A DNA stretch of 64,000 bases from an uncultured Mycobacterium sp. Its GTDB lineage: Bacteria > Actinomycetota > Actinomycetes > Mycobacteriales > Mycobacteriaceae. The notes under the pieces were generated by a model. It did no database searches. It was not told the origin of the DNA and saw only the letters and a program-made list of their open reading frames with translations. Location of the stretch: NCBI GenBank assembly GCA_964447215.1, contig CAYURT010000004.1, positions 37,498-101,497 of the forward strand. The letters are read 5' to 3'. The position numbers and the translations under genes are program-made. Shown in pieces: positions 37,630 to 51,567 of this stretch. Numbering within the stretch: the first letter of the stretch is position 1; the number at the start of each line of letters is the position of its first letter.

Positions 37630-38289
37630 TCAGATCCGGCCGGCGACGAACGCGGCGGCGTCCTGGGAGTAGGGCGGGAACTCGTAACCGTTGTGCGCGG
37701 CGCGGTCCCGGCCGCCCGGGTAGCAGATGGGGTCGCCGGGGCTGCACAGGTCGATCGCCTGCCCGGCGAACAGCCCGGTGGTCGACAGCGGGGTGCCGAA
37801 CCGGTTGGCCGGGTTGCCGAACACCGCCACCGCGGCGATCTGATCGGCCGCCTCCGGCGGCATCGGCGGCGCCGAACCGAGGTTGCCGACCAGGTTGCCC
37901 AGCGGCGGCACCCCGGCCAGCATCGAGATCACCGCCGCCCCCTGGGAGAACCCGCCGAGCACGAACCTGGTGGCCGGGCAGGCCACCGCCGCCCGGGACA
38001 GGTGGTTCTCGATGTCGGAGGCCCCGCTGGAGGTGGCCAGGAAGTTGACGCTGGCCGGGTAGTTCACCCCGTAGACGGCCAGGCTGCGCCCGCCCAGCAT
38101 GGGTGCCAGATTGTCGGCCAGCGCCTGGCCCACCCGCCCCAGGCCGGGGGGCTCACCGGTACCCCGGGCGAAGAGCAGTTCGACGTCCGGACAGTCGTCG
38201 GCGGCGGCCGCGGGCGCGGGGCCGGCCAGCACGGCCAGCGCGCTGACGGCGGCCGCCCCGAGTGCGGCCAGCCGCCGGTGCTCAGCCAA
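37630..38289 (-). CDS. Secreted cutinase-family serine esterase
   Basis: It has a signal-like N-terminus ([24 protein letters not shown]), [17 protein letters not shown], and the GFSQGA nucleophile elbow. I chose TTG 38289 as the start; it overlaps the pfkA stop and is uncertain. Confidence 0.7.
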   Translation of the reverse strand: MAEHRRLAALGAAAVSALAVLAGPAPAAAADDCPDVELLFARGTGEPPGLGRVGQALADNLAPMLGGRSLAVYGVNYPASVNFLATSSGASDIENHLSRAAVACPATRFVLGGFSQGAAVISMLAGVPPLGNLVGNLGSAPPMPPEAADQIAAVAVFGNPANRFGTPLSTTGLFAGQAIDLCSPGDPICYPGGRDRAAHNGYEFPPYSQDAAAFVAGRI

Positions 38290-39313
38290 AGAATGCCGCC
38301 GCGTCGTCGTAGCGGCTCTGGGGAACCAGCTTGAGCTGGCGCACGGCGTCGGCCAGCGGCACCCGGCCGATGTCCTCACCGCGCAGCGAGACCATCATCC
38401 CGTACTCCCCGGCGTGGGCGGCATCGGCGGCGTTGACGCCGAACCGGGTGGCCAGCACCCGGTCGTAGGCGGTCGGCGAACCGCCGCGCTGGACGTGTCC
38501 GAGTACGGTGACCCGGACCTCCTTGCGGATCCGCTTCTCCAACTCGACCGCGAGCTGCTGGGCGACACCGGTGAACCGTTCGTGGCCGAATTCGTCGATA
38601 CCGCCGGACCGCAGCTGCATCGAACCCTCGGCCGGCTTGGCGCCCTCGGCCACCACGCAGATGAAATGCGACGCTCCCCGCTGGAACCGGTGCTTGACCA
38701 TCCGGCAGACCTCGTCGACGTCGAAGGGCTGCTCGGGGATCAGGGTCATGTGCGCCCCGGAGGCCAGGCCGGCGTTGAGGGCGATCCAGCCGGCGTGCCG
38801 TCCCATGACCTCGACCAGCATCACCCGCTGGTGGGACTCGGCGGTGCTGTGCAGCCGGTCGATCGCCTCGGTGGCGATCATCAGCGCGGTGTCATGCCCG
38901 AATGTGACGTCGGTGCAGTCGATATCGTTGTCGATGGTCTTGGGCACCCCGACGACGGGCACACCCTCCTCGGTCAGCCAGTGCGCGGCGGTGAGCGTCC
39001 CCTCCCCGCCGATCGGGATCAGCACATCGATCCCGTTGTCCTCCAGGGTCGCCTTGATATCGTCGATTCCGGCCCGCAGTTTCTCCGGGTTGGTCCGGGC
39101 GGTGCCCAGCATGGTGCCGCCCTTGGCCAGCAGCCGGGCGTTGCGTTCGTCGTTGACCAGCTGGATGCGTCGGTTCTCCAGCAGTCCGTTCCAGCCGTCC
39201 TGGAAACCGACCACCGAGGACCCGTAGCGGGCGTCGCAGGTCCGCACTACCGCGCGGATGACGGCGTTGAGGCCGGGGCAGTCTCCCCCGCCGGTGAGAA
39301 CTCCGATACGCAT
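38282..39313 (-). CDS. pfkA: ATP-dependent 6-phosphofructokinase
   Basis: [32 protein letters not shown] and MGRHAGW are present. The ATG at 39313 gives 343 aa. Confidence 0.9.
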   Translation of the reverse strand: MRIGVLTGGGDCPGLNAVIRAVVRTCDARYGSSVVGFQDGWNGLLENRRIQLVNDERNARLLAKGGTMLGTARTNPEKLRAGIDDIKATLEDNGIDVLIPIGGEGTLTAAHWLTEEGVPVVGVPKTIDNDIDCTDVTFGHDTALMIATEAIDRLHSTAESHQRVMLVEVMGRHAGWIALNAGLASGAHMTLIPEQPFDVDEVCRMVKHRFQRGASHFICVVAEGAKPAEGSMQLRSGGIDEFGHERFTGVAQQLAVELEKRIRKEVRVTVLGHVQRGGSPTAYDRVLATRFGVNAADAAHAGEYGMMVSLRGEDIGRVPLADAVRQLKLVPQSRYDDAAAFFG

Positions 39314-39351
39314 GGTGCCCATCTAACCCGCTGGGCGGACGGCGCGCGGGG

Positions 39352-40851
39352 CTACACCGCAGACGGCAGCGGACCGCGGGCGGCCTCGAAGGCGGCGCCG
39401 ACCCGGTAGAGCCGGTCGTCGGCCAGGGCAGGAGCCATGATCTGCAGGCCGACCGGCAGGTTGTCGTCCGGTGAAAGACCCGAGGGCACTGACATGCCGC
39501 AGTGCCCGGCCAGGTTCAGCGGAAGCGTGCACAGGTCGAACAGGTACATCGCCAGCGGATCGTCGACCTTCTCGCCGAGCCGGAAGGCCGTGCTCGGGGT
39601 GGCCGGGGACACCAGCACGTCGACGGTTTCGTAGGCGGCGTCGAAGTCGCGGGCGACCAGCGTGCGCACCTTCTGCGCCTGGTTGTAGTAGGCGTCGTAG
39701 TACCCGGCGGACAACGCGTAGGTGCCGATCATGATGCGGCGCTTGACCTCCGGCCCGAAGCCGGCGGCCCGGGTCAGCGCCATCACCTCCTCGGCGCTGT
39801 GCGTGCCGTCGTCGCCGACCCGCAGCCCGTAGCGCATCGCGTCGAAGCGGGCCAGGTTGGAGGAGACCTCCGAGGGCAGGATCAGGTAGTAGGCCGACAG
39901 CGAGTAGTCCAGGTTGGGGCAGTCGACCTCGCGGATCTGCGCGCCGAGATCCGCCAGTCGGGTGACCGCGGCCTCGAACGAGGCGAGGACACCGGGCTGG
40001 TAGCCCTCGCCGCTGCGCAACTGCTTGACCACCCCGACGGTCACACCGCTGAGGTCTCCGGACGCGCCGGCGCGCGCGGCCTCCACCACGTCCGGGATCG
40101 CGGCGAACAGCGAGGTCGAGTCGTGCGGGTCGTGCCCGGCGATCACCGAGTGCAGCAGGGCGGTGTCGAGCACCGTCCGCGCGCACGGGCCGCCCTGGTC
40201 CAGCGAGGACGCGCAGGCCACCAGCCCGTAGCGGGAGACCGTCCCGTAGGTGGGCTTGACTCCGACCGTCGCGGTCAGGGCAGCCGGCTGGCGGATGGAT
40301 CCGCCGGTGTCGGAACCGATGGCCAGCGGGGCCTGGAACGACGCCAGCGCCGCGGCGCTGCCGCCCCCGGACCCGCCGGGCACCCGGTCGAGGTCCCAGG
40401 GGTTGCGGGTCGGCCCGAAGGCGGAGTTCTCCGTCGAGGAGCCCATCGCGAACTCGTCCATGTTCGTCTTGCCCAGGATGGGGATTCCGGCCCGCCGGAT
40501 GCGGGCGGTCACCGTGGCGTCGTACGGCGAGGTCCAGCCCTCCAGGATCCGCGACCCGCAGGTGGTCGGCATATCGGTGGCGGTGAACACGTCCTTGAGC
40601 GCCAGCGGCACGCCGGCCAGTTGCGAGGGCAGCAGTTCACCGGCGGCGACGGCGGCGTCGACCTGCCCGGCCGCGGCCAGCGCACGGTCGGCGGCGACGT
40701 GCAGGAAGGCGTGATAGCGCTCGTCGGTGTCGGCGATCTGATCCAGGCAGGCCTGGGTGATCTCGGTCGAACTGAGCTCCTTGGCGGCGATCTTGGCCGC
40801 CATGGCCGCCGCATCGAGGCGGATGATGTCCTCGGCCCCGTTCGCGCTCAC
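39352..40851 (-). CDS. gatA: Glu-tRNA(Gln) amidotransferase subunit A
   Basis: The GTG at 40851 overlaps the gatC stop (GTGA). The amidase signature [12 protein letters not shown] is present (here [13 protein letters not shown]). Length is 499 aa. Confidence 0.95.
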   Translation of the reverse strand: MSANGAEDIIRLDAAAMAAKIAAKELSSTEITQACLDQIADTDERYHAFLHVAADRALAAAGQVDAAVAAGELLPSQLAGVPLALKDVFTATDMPTTCGSRILEGWTSPYDATVTARIRRAGIPILGKTNMDEFAMGSSTENSAFGPTRNPWDLDRVPGGSGGGSAAALASFQAPLAIGSDTGGSIRQPAALTATVGVKPTYGTVSRYGLVACASSLDQGGPCARTVLDTALLHSVIAGHDPHDSTSLFAAIPDVVEAARAGASGDLSGVTVGVVKQLRSGEGYQPGVLASFEAAVTRLADLGAQIREVDCPNLDYSLSAYYLILPSEVSSNLARFDAMRYGLRVGDDGTHSAEEVMALTRAAGFGPEVKRRIMIGTYALSAGYYDAYYNQAQKVRTLVARDFDAAYETVDVLVSPATPSTAFRLGEKVDDPLAMYLFDLCTLPLNLAGHCGMSVPSGLSPDDNLPVGLQIMAPALADDRLYRVGAAFEAARGPLPSAV

Positions 40852-41147
40852 GCCTCCTCCCCCAGGATCTGCGGGACGGCGAACCGGCCCTCGTCGGAGG
40901 CCGGCGCCTCGGCCAGCGCCTGCTGCTGGGTCAGGCTGAACTGGACGATGTCGGGACGGGTGACGTTGACGTCGGTCAGCGGGTTTCCGGTGGGCGCGAC
41001 ATCGGTGACGTCGACAGCCTGGATCTGGCCGACATAGGCCAGGATCGCATCGAGCTGGCCGGCGAACGCGTCGAGTTCGTCGTCGGTCAGGGCGAGCCGG
41101 GCCAGCTTGGCCAGCTTCGCCACGTCGTCGCGGGAGATCGTGGACAC
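40848..41147 (-). CDS. gatC: Glu-tRNA(Gln) amidotransferase subunit C
   Basis: The start is GTG at 41147 ([36 protein letters not shown]...), giving 99 aa. Confidence 0.9.
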   Translation of the reverse strand: MSTISRDDVAKLAKLARLALTDDELDAFAGQLDAILAYVGQIQAVDVTDVAPTGNPLTDVNVTRPDIVQFSLTQQQALAEAPASDEGRFAVPQILGEEA

Positions 41148-41267
41148 GGTGGGTAAGCCTATGGGACGGGTCATCCGGACCGGTAAGCCCGTGCGGCGGC
41201 GATTTCGGCGGCGGCAGCAACTAGGGTTGCGCTCGACCCGGTTGGCGACTTGAGGACAGGAGTGCCC

Positions 41268-42047
41268 GTGCACCTAGCGAACACCACCGCGCTGATCACC
41301 GGCTCCAGCGGCGGCATCGGTGAGGAGTTCGCCATCCGGTTCGCCCAGCGCGAGGCCAACCTCGTCCTTGTGGCCCGTCGGGCCGACAAGCTGGACCAGC
41401 TGCGCACCAGGCTGCTGCAGATCAGCCCCGGGCTGACCGTCGACGTGATCCCCGCCGACCTGGCCGTTCCCGGTTCGGCGGCCGCAGTCGCCGCCAGGGT
41501 CGCCGATCTCGGGCGCCGGATCGACGTGCTGGTCAACAACGCCGGTGTCGGGCTGCACGGCGACTTCGCCGACCAGGACGTCGACGCCAATTCCGCCCAG
41601 ATCCAGTTGAACTGCGTGACGCTGGTCGAACTCACCGGGCTGTTCCTGCCGGCAATGATCGGGGCGGGCAGCGGGATGATCATCAACGTCGCCTCGACTG
41701 CGGCTTTCCAGCCCACCCCCGGCATGGCCGTGTACGGGGCCACCAAGGCCTTCGTGCTGTCCTTCACCGAGTCGCTGTGGCAGGAGACGAAGTCCAGCGG
41801 GGTGCGGGTTTTCGCGCTCTGCCCGGGCGCCACCGAGACCGAGTTCTTCGCACGGACCGGCGAGGAGTTCCTCACCGACGGTCGGCAGACCTCCCAGCAG
41901 GTCGTCGACACCGCGATGGCCGCCATCGACAAGTCGACACCGACGGTGATCTCGGGTCTGCGGAACGCCCTGCTGGCCAACGGATACCGGGTGGCGCCGC
42001 GGCGGGTCCTGCTGGAGGTGGCCCAGCGGATGATGCGGGCCCGTTAG
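41268..42047 (+). CDS. Short-chain dehydrogenase/reductase (SDR)
   Basis: It has [16 protein letters not shown] and YGATKAF motifs. I chose GTG 41268 because it follows a GGAG; the ORF track gives TTG 41250. Confidence 0.8.
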   Translation: MHLANTTALITGSSGGIGEEFAIRFAQREANLVLVARRADKLDQLRTRLLQISPGLTVDVIPADLAVPGSAAAVAARVADLGRRIDVLVNNAGVGLHGDFADQDVDANSAQIQLNCVTLVELTGLFLPAMIGAGSGMIINVASTAAFQPTPGMAVYGATKAFVLSFTESLWQETKSSGVRVFALCPGATETEFFARTGEEFLTDGRQTSQQVVDTAMAAIDKSTPTVISGLRNALLANGYRVAPRRVLLEVAQRMMRAR

Positions 42048-42048
42048 C

Positions 42049-44797
<2,749 letters not shown>

Positions 44798-44833
44798 CTA
44801 TCGCCTGCCCCGGGGGCGGGACGGCCGCCGGGG

Positions 44834-46390
44834 TCAGTTCCGGCCGGGCAGGCGCATGACCCCCTGCACGATCGGCAGCAGCGACTTCTGCCAGAGCGTC
44901 GGGGACAACCCGAACGGCGGGTCGAGGTTGAGCACCCGGGCGGTGGCGATCGTCTGGGCCTCGGTGTATTTCAGCAATCCCTCCGGGCCGTGCCTGCGGC
45001 CCACTCCCGAGACACCCATACCGCCCATCGGCGCGCTGAGGCTGCCCCAGGCGAACGCATAACCCTCGTTGACGTTGACCGTGCCCGACCGCAGTCGCGC
45101 CGCGATCCGCTCCCCCTCACCGGTCGAGGCCGCCCACACGCTGGCGTTGAGTCCATACTCGGTGTCGTTGGCCCGCGCGATGGCCTCCTCCACGTCGGCG
45201 ACCGGGTAGATGGAAACCAGCGGACCGAAGGTTTCGTTGGCGTAGCACTCCATCTCGGGCGTGACGCCGGTCAGCACCGTGGGCTCGTAGAACAGCGGAC
45301 CGATGTCCGGGCGGGCCTTGCCGCCGGCGATCACCGTGGCACCCTTGGCTTTCGCGTCCTCGACATGGTCCGACATGTTCTTCAGCTGGCCTTCGGAGAT
45401 CAGGCTGCCCATGTCGGCGGAGAAGTCGTAGGCGCTGCCGAGCCGCATGTTGCGCACCGCCTTGCCGAACTTGTCGGTGAACTCCTCGGCGATGCCGTTC
45501 TCGACGTAGATCCGCTCGATGGAGATGCACAGCTGGCCCGCGTTGGAGAAGCACGCCCTGGTGCCGGCTTTGGCCACCTTGTCCAGGTCGGCGCCGCGGG
45601 TGACGATCATCGGGTTCTTGCCGCCGAGTTCGGCGGAGAACCCGATCAGCCGGCGTCCGCACTGCTCGGCCAGCTCCCGACCGGTTGCGGTGGAACCGGT
45701 GAACATCAGGTAGTCGCAGTTCTGCAGGATGGTGGTGCCGACGACCGCACCCGGCCCGGGGACGATGGCGTAGAGGTCGCGTGGCAGGCCGGCCTGGTAG
45801 AGCAACTCGGCGCAGGCCAGCGCACAGTAGGGCGTCTGGCTGTCGGGTTTGAGCACGACCGCGTTGCCCGCGATCAGCGCCGGAACCGAGTCCGAGGCGG
45901 TCAGCGTCATGGGGTAGTTCCACGGCGAGATCACCCCGACAACGCCCTTGGGCTGGTGGGCGACGGTGGTCTTACCGATACCGGGCAGCAGCGCCTGGAC
46001 GGTGTGCGGCTTGAGCAGGTCCGCGGACACCCGGGCGTAGTAGTTGGCGTTGGCGATCAGGTCGATCAGCTCCTCCTGCGCGGCCCAGCGGGCCTTGCCC
46101 GCCTCGGCCTGCAACAGGTCCATCAGGAAATCGCTGTTCTTGACCACCAGATCGCGGTAGCGCTCCACGATCTTGAGCCGTTCGGAGACCGGCCGGCGGG
46201 CCCACCCGGCCTGGGCGACGCGGGCCTTGGCGACGGCGGCTTCGGCGTCGGCGGCGTTGCCGACCGGGATGGTCGCCATCGGCCGTCCGGTGAACACCTC
46301 CTCCACCGTGCGGGTCGGCCGGGCGGCGGGATCCTCGATCGCGGCCAGGGGCCGCAGACGGTCGAAGACGTCGGCTGAGGGAGTGGGCAT
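44834..46390 (-). CDS. Aldehyde dehydrogenase family protein (succinate-semialdehyde dehydrogenase GabD2-like)
   Basis: The ATG at 46390 has a GAGAGGTGG Shine-Dalgarno-like sequence upstream. ALDH motifs are present (FSAELGGKNPMIV, FSNAGQLCISIERIYV). Length is 518 aa. Confidence 0.85.
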   Translation of the reverse strand: MPTPSADVFDRLRPLAAIEDPAARPTRTVEEVFTGRPMATIPVGNAADAEAAVAKARVAQAGWARRPVSERLKIVERYRDLVVKNSDFLMDLLQAEAGKARWAAQEELIDLIANANYYARVSADLLKPHTVQALLPGIGKTTVAHQPKGVVGVISPWNYPMTLTASDSVPALIAGNAVVLKPDSQTPYCALACAELLYQAGLPRDLYAIVPGPGAVVGTTILQNCDYLMFTGSTATGRELAEQCGRRLIGFSAELGGKNPMIVTRGADLDKVAKAGTRACFSNAGQLCISIERIYVENGIAEEFTDKFGKAVRNMRLGSAYDFSADMGSLISEGQLKNMSDHVEDAKAKGATVIAGGKARPDIGPLFYEPTVLTGVTPEMECYANETFGPLVSIYPVADVEEAIARANDTEYGLNASVWAASTGEGERIAARLRSGTVNVNEGYAFAWGSLSAPMGGMGVSGVGRRHGPEGLLKYTEAQTIATARVLNLDPPFGLSPTLWQKSLLPIVQGVMRLPGRN

Positions 46391-46475
46391 GTCGCCACCT
46401 CTCGGATGCTGGCTGGTGTTGTGGACGGGAGCGTCGGGTCCCACCCTATCGAGCCTGTCGACCGGCGGGCCGAAG

Positions 46476-47483
46476 TCAGATCGCCCCGGGATCCTCGGCG
46501 ATCGCCGCGGCGGCCCGCTGAGCCAGACCGGTCGCGGCCCGCGCCCACGGCTCGTCCGCCCCGGCCAGGCCGCATGCCGGGCTGATGCCGACCTGCGCGC
46601 CCAGCACTGGTCGGCCGAACCCGAGCCGGTCGGTCAGCGCCGCCGCGGCGACGGCCACCTGCTCCGCCGTGGGCCGAACCGGCGGTTGGGTGGCCGACAG
46701 CACCCCCAGCACCGCGGTGCGCCCGGAGTCGAGGAACTCCCCGATCCCGTCACAGCGGTCTCCCAGTAGCGCGGCGTCTACCGACAGCGCACTGATCGTG
46801 CTGCGCTGCAGCACCGTCCATGGCGGGTCGGCCGCGCAGCAGTGCACCATCACCTCCCCGCCCACCGCGCTCACGCAGGCGTCGATCAGTTCGACAGCCA
46901 CCATCTCCTCGACGGGGTGCACCGGACTGAGCGAGGTCACACCCGAGAGCCGGCCGGCCAGCGCGGCAGCCAGCAGCGGCTCGTCGAACTGGACGACCAC
47001 CGGTGCCCCCAGCCGCCGCGCGACCTCGGCCCGATGGGCGGCCACCCCCTCGGCCAGCGAGGCGGTCAGGTCCCGCACCGCGCCGGCGTCGGTGATCGCC
47101 CGATGCCCGTTGCCCAGTTCGAGGGCGGCGGCCAGGGTGACCGGCCCGGGTGCCTGAACCTTCACCGTCGCCCCGCCCGTCGCCGCACCGGCCTTCTCCC
47201 AGGCCTCCTCGAGGGCGTCGACGTCCTCGTCGAGGATGCTGGCCGCACGACGGGCGACCGAGCCGCGCCGGGCGGTGATCCGGTATCCGCGCGGCACGGT
47301 GTCGATCGCGATGTCGACGAGCAGCGCCCCGGCCCGGCCGATCATGTCGGCCCCCACGCCGCGCGCGGGCAGTTCGGGAAGGTAGGGCAGCCGGGGAAGT
47401 TCGCCGACCACGACCTCGGCGGCCCGCCGAGGCGAGGACCCCGGCCAGGAACCGATCCCGGTCGCCGCAGCGAAAACGCTCAC
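46476..47483 (-). CDS. Cobalamin-independent methionine synthase-like (MetE C-terminal/UROD fold) family protein, Rv3015c-like
   Basis: The GTG at 47483 overlaps the mnmA stop (GTGA). The N-terminus is [15 protein letters not shown]. Length is 335 aa. The family assignment comes from synteny and weak motif memory. Confidence 0.6.
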   Translation of the reverse strand: MSVFAAATGIGSWPGSSPRRAAEVVVGELPRLPYLPELPARGVGADMIGRAGALLVDIAIDTVPRGYRITARRGSVARRAASILDEDVDALEEAWEKAGAATGGATVKVQAPGPVTLAAALELGNGHRAITDAGAVRDLTASLAEGVAAHRAEVARRLGAPVVVQFDEPLLAAALAGRLSGVTSLSPVHPVEEMVAVELIDACVSAVGGEVMVHCCAADPPWTVLQRSTISALSVDAALLGDRCDGIGEFLDSGRTAVLGVLSATQPPVRPTAEQVAVAAAALTDRLGFGRPVLGAQVGISPACGLAGADEPWARAATGLAQRAAAAIAEDPGAI

Positions 47484-48544
47484 GACAGAGTGGCGCTGCC
47501 GATGACCTCGTCGCCCTCGGGGTCGGGTCGGTACAGCACCATGGTCTGCCCGGGGGCGACCCCGCGAAGCGGGCTGCGCAACCGCATCCGGACCCCACCC
47601 CCGGTCAGTTCGGCCACCCCGGGTGCGACCCCGCCGTGGGCGCGGACCTGGACCTCGCATTCGATGGGTCCGCGTGGCGCGGTTCCGGAGGTGAACACTG
47701 GATCCCGGCCGGTCAACTCCCGCACGTCGAGGTCGGTGGCGCTACCGACTCGGACCGTGCCGGTCTCGGCGTCGATCGCCGTCACGTAGCGCGGGGCGCC
47801 GTCGGGGCCCGGGCCACCGATACCGAGGCCCTTGCGCTGGCCGACGGTGAACCCGTGCACACCCTCGTGGCGGGCCAGCACCGCGCCGTCGGCGTCTACG
47901 ACGGCGCCGGGCCGCACCCCGATCCTGGAGCCGAGGAAGGCGCGGGTGTCCCCGGAGGCGATGAAGCAGATGTCGTGGCTGTCGGGCTTGTCGGCCACCG
48001 CCAGCCCGCGCCGGGCCGCTTCTTGCCGGATCGCCGGTTTGGCGGTGTCCCCGACCGGGAACGCGGCGTGGCGCAACTGCCCGGCGGTGAGCACCCCCAG
48101 CACGTAGGACTGGTCCTTGTCCCGGTCCACGGCCCGGCGCAAGCGGCCCTGCGAGAGCCGGGCGTAGTGGCCGGTGGCCACGGCGTCGAAACCCAGCGCC
48201 AGCGCCCTGGCCGCCAGGGCGGAGAACTTGATCCGCTCGTTGCACCGCACGCAGGGGTTGGGGGTCTGCCCCCGGGCGTAGGAGGCGATGAAGTCGTCGA
48301 CCACCTCGGACTCGAAGCGATCGGCGAAATCCCAGACGTAGAAGGGTATTCCCAGGATGTCGGCGACCCGGCGGGCGTCCGCCGCGTCCTCCTTGGAACA
48401 GCATCCGCGCGATCCGCTGCGCAGCGTCCCCGGAGACCTGGACAGAGCGAGGTGCACGCCGACGACGTCATGGCCGGCGTCCACCATCCGTGCGGCCGCG
48501 ACCGAGGAGTCGACACCGCCGCTCATCGCGGCGAGGACCCTCAT
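47480..48544 (-). CDS. mnmA: tRNA 2-thiouridine(34) synthase
   Basis: The ATG at 48544 overlaps the iscS stop (ATGA). The PP-loop [17 protein letters not shown] is present, along with the catalytic Cys context [14 protein letters not shown]. Confidence 0.9.
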   Translation of the reverse strand: MRVLAAMSGGVDSSVAAARMVDAGHDVVGVHLALSRSPGTLRSGSRGCCSKEDAADARRVADILGIPFYVWDFADRFESEVVDDFIASYARGQTPNPCVRCNERIKFSALAARALALGFDAVATGHYARLSQGRLRRAVDRDKDQSYVLGVLTAGQLRHAAFPVGDTAKPAIRQEAARRGLAVADKPDSHDICFIASGDTRAFLGSRIGVRPGAVVDADGAVLARHEGVHGFTVGQRKGLGIGGPGPDGAPRYVTAIDAETGTVRVGSATDLDVRELTGRDPVFTSGTAPRGPIECEVQVRAHGGVAPGVAELTGGGVRMRLRSPLRGVAPGQTMVLYRPDPEGDEVIGSATLS

Positions 48545-49740
48545 CGCTCGCCCGCCAGCGAACTGGCCAGCGCGGCGTGGCGGGCGCGTTCGACCACGGC
48601 GGGAAGAACGGCCAGCACCGCGTCGACGTCGTCCTCGGTGCTGGTGTGCCCCAGCGACAGCCGCAGCGATCCGCGCGCCTGATCGGCCGTGTCGCCCATG
48701 GCCGCCAGCACATGGGAGGTCTGCGCCACGCCGGCGGTGCAGGCCGAGCCGGTTGAGCATTCGATCCCGTTGGCGTCCAGGAGCATCAGCAGGGAGTCGC
48801 CTTCGCAGCCGCGGAAGGTGAAGTGGGCGTTACCGGGCAGCCGCCGATCATCGAGGGCGCCGTTGAGCCGCACGTCGGGGATCGAGGCGAGCACTCCGGC
48901 GATCAGCCGGTCCCGCAGGCCGGCCAGCCGGGGCGCGGCTGTGAGCAGTCCTCCGACCGCTGTGTCGGCGGCGACCGCCATCCCCACCGCGCCGGCGACG
49001 TCGGGGGTTCCGGAACGCACATCGCGTTCCTGCCCGCCGCCGTGCAGCAGCGGCACGCACGGGATGTCGCGGCGCAGCAGCAGAGCCCCCACTCCGGGCG
49101 GCCCGCCGAACTTGTGGGCGGTGAGGCTGGCCGCGGAGAGGCCCGAGGCGCCGAAGCCCACCGGGATCTGACCGACCGCCTGGACGGCGTCGCTGTGCAT
49201 CGGAACACCGAACTCCGCTGCCAGCGCGGCCATTTCAGCGACCGGCATGATGGTGCCGACCTCGTTGTTGGCCCACATCACCGAGATCAGTGCGACGTCG
49301 TCGTGGCCGGCCAGGGCCTCGCGCAGGGCGGCCGGGCTTACCGATCCGTCACTCTCGGTGGGCAGAGTGCTGACCAGAGCGCCCTCGTGGTCGGCCAGCC
49401 AGCCGACGGCGTCGAGGACCGCGTGGTGCTCGACCCCGGTGGTGATGATGCGGCGCCGACGGGGGTCGGCGTCGCGCCGGGCCCAGAAGATGCCCTTGAC
49501 CGCGAGGTTGTCGCTGTCGGTTCCGCCGGCGGTGAAGATCACCTCCGATGGCCGCGCCCCCAGTCGGGCGGCGACGGTCTCCCGGGACTCCTCCAGCCGG
49601 CGGCGCGCGGAACGGCCCGCGGAGTGCAGCGAGGAGGGGTTGCCCACCTGTGCCAGCGCGGCCGCCATCGCCTCGACGGCCGCGGGGTGCATCGGGGTGG
49701 TGGCAGCGTGGTCGAGATACACCGACCGGGTCTGGCTCAT
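48541..49740 (-). CDS. iscS: Cysteine desulfurase (class V aminotransferase, IscS/NifS-like)
   Basis: It has [10 protein letters not shown], a PLP-lysine context ([13 protein letters not shown]), and an active-site Cys (STGSACTAG). Confidence 0.9.
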   Translation of the reverse strand: MSQTRSVYLDHAATTPMHPAAVEAMAAALAQVGNPSSLHSAGRSARRRLEESRETVAARLGARPSEVIFTAGGTDSDNLAVKGIFWARRDADPRRRRIITTGVEHHAVLDAVGWLADHEGALVSTLPTESDGSVSPAALREALAGHDDVALISVMWANNEVGTIMPVAEMAALAAEFGVPMHSDAVQAVGQIPVGFGASGLSAASLTAHKFGGPPGVGALLLRRDIPCVPLLHGGGQERDVRSGTPDVAGAVGMAVAADTAVGGLLTAAPRLAGLRDRLIAGVLASIPDVRLNGALDDRRLPGNAHFTFRGCEGDSLLMLLDANGIECSTGSACTAGVAQTSHVLAAMGDTADQARGSLRLSLGHTSTEDDVDAVLAVLPAVVERARHAALASSLAGER

Positions 49741-49795
49741 GGCCTGTTCAGGATACCGGCCGGGACCGCCTAGCTCCGCCGGGGACGTGCTCCGC

Positions 49796-50620
49796 TCAGC
49801 CCGCCCGAACCACCTCCGCGCAGCGTGCCGCCAGTTCGCGGCGGTTCACCGCAGGAAGTTGCAGGGGCCGGACCGCGACGTGGACGACGGTCCGCCGGGC
49901 GCGGACCGTGCGCAGCAACGAGGCCCGCAGCGAGTCCTCACCGAAAAAGGCCGTCACCGTCGAGGCCCTGCCGTCGCGATGGTGGTAGGACAACTTCAGC
50001 GGCTGCACCGGCCGGCCGGAGTCGACGGCGGCCTGAAACATCGCCGGATGGAACGGCCCGTGGTGGAAGGGTCCGTGCCCGGCTCCGCACCAGGTGGTCC
50101 CTTCCGGGAAGGCGACGACGGTCCGGCCGGCCCGCAGCCGCGCCGTCACCGCGCCGACCACCCCGGGCAGGCCCCGCAGGCTTGCCCGTTCGATCGGGAT
50201 GACGTTCATCAGCCGGGCCGCCGTTCCGAACGCGGGCCAGTCGACGAGGTCGGCCCGGGCGACGAAGGCCCCCGGCAGAACGGCTCCGATGGCGAACACA
50301 TCGGCCCAGGACACGTGGTTGCTGACCACCAGCACGCCTCTTAGGTTGCGAATCGGGCCGCCGGACAGGGTGATCCGGATTCCCAGACAGGCCAGCATCA
50401 ACCGGCAGTACAGCCGCTGGGCGCGCAGCCGGCCCGGCAGCGGCACCGCCAGCAACGGCAGTGCCGGCAGCAGCGCTAGCGCCAGGCCCAGCCGCCAGGC
50501 CGGCCGCAGCCATCCGCTGACCGCCCGGCCCGGCGAGCCCAGGCCGGCACTCAGGCAGGTGTCCCCGCAGGATGTCCGGGGCAGCCAGGAATGGCTTGTC
50601 GGCAGCGCGGTGGGGCTCAC
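49796..50620 (-). CDS. PlsC-family lysophospholipid/1-acylglycerol-3-phosphate acyltransferase (Rv3026c-like, OlsA-like)
   Basis: It has the HX4D motif ([11 protein letters not shown]) and a FPEGT motif. The GTG start overlaps the upstream stop (GTGA). Confidence 0.8.
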   Translation of the reverse strand: MSPTALPTSHSWLPRTSCGDTCLSAGLGSPGRAVSGWLRPAWRLGLALALLPALPLLAVPLPGRLRAQRLYCRLMLACLGIRITLSGGPIRNLRGVLVVSNHVSWADVFAIGAVLPGAFVARADLVDWPAFGTAARLMNVIPIERASLRGLPGVVGAVTARLRAGRTVVAFPEGTTWCGAGHGPFHHGPFHPAMFQAAVDSGRPVQPLKLSYHHRDGRASTVTAFFGEDSLRASLLRTVRARRTVVHVAVRPLQLPAVNRRELAARCAEVVRAG

Positions 50621-51432
50621 CGCACGCCGCCCGCGGCCGCCGCCGAGCGCAGCCGGTTGAGATAGCGGGCGTCGGCCCGGCTCTTGGCCAGCAGCGCCGG
50701 GAAATCGCCGACCCCGAACGCCGGATCGTGGGCCGGTTCACCACAGATCCGCGCACCCACGCGCAGGTAGCCGCGCATCAGCGGCGGCACGGCCGGCCGC
50801 TGCGGTGGCTCGATGGCGTCCAGGCCCCGGCCGCCGATCAGCACCGGGCGGTAGGGGTGGACGGTGTGCTCGGGCGGGGCGGCGTGCCGAGCGAGGACGA
50901 TATCGCGCACCCCACGGACCTGGCTGCCCGGCGGACCCTCGCCGTGGGTCGGCACCGACACGCAGCCGATGACGTAGTCGTAGCCGCTGCGGTCCAGGTA
51001 GGCCAGGATGCCGGTCCACATCATCAGGACCACCGCCCCGTTGCGATGGTCGGCGCGCACCACCGCCCGGCCCATCTCGACGATGGAGGGCCGCAACCGG
51101 TCCAGCGCGGCCAGATCGAACTCGGTCGCGGTGTAGAGCCCGCCGGCGGCGATGGCCCCCGGCGGGGGCAGCATGCGGTAGCAGCCCACGATCGCGCCCG
51201 ACTCGTCGTCACGGACCAGAATGTGATCGCAGAACTCGTCGAAGCGGTCGGCGTCGACGGCGGTGTCAGAGCGCAGACCGAACCCGGGCTCGGTCGAGAA
51301 GACCTCGTAGCGCAGCCGTTGGGCGGCGGCGACATGGTCGGGATCGGTGGTCAGCAGCAGGGTGTAGCGGGGGCCGTCGGAGCGGCGGGTCTCGGCGTGG
51401 TCGGGGGCGATGAGTACGGATGAGGTGCTCAT
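50617..51432 (-). CDS. GNAT-family N-acyltransferase (Rv3027c-like, OlsB/hemolysin-like)
   Basis: AAAQRLRYEVFSTEPGFGL...DADRFDEFCDHILVRDDESGAIVGCYRMLPP is typical of the OlsB-type acyl-ACP N-acyltransferase family. I preferred ATG 51432 because the longer ORF (to 51528) would run into the etfA terminator hairpin. Confidence 0.7.
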   Translation of the reverse strand: MSTSSVLIAPDHAETRRSDGPRYTLLLTTDPDHVAAAQRLRYEVFSTEPGFGLRSDTAVDADRFDEFCDHILVRDDESGAIVGCYRMLPPPGAIAAGGLYTATEFDLAALDRLRPSIVEMGRAVVRADHRNGAVVLMMWTGILAYLDRSGYDYVIGCVSVPTHGEGPPGSQVRGVRDIVLARHAAPPEHTVHPYRPVLIGGRGLDAIEPPQRPAVPPLMRGYLRVGARICGEPAHDPAFGVGDFPALLAKSRADARYLNRLRSAAAAGGVR

Positions 51433-51516
51433 AGCCAGCACGGTCGCGGGAGCGGTGGACGTGATGCCGACGCCGGCGTTACGCGTCGGTGCAATTTGGG
51501 TGACGAACAGACGCGC

Positions 51517-51550
51517 GAGCCCCCGCACCTTCGGTGAGGTGCGGGGGCTC
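51517..51550 (-). terminator. Putative terminator hairpin downstream of etfA
   Basis: A perfect 14-bp inverted repeat (GAGCCCCCGCACCT / AGGTGCGGGGGCTC) with a 6-nt loop lies 18 nt past the etfA stop. Confidence 0.55.
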
Positions 51551-51567
51551 GGGCGGGTGTGCCGGGA

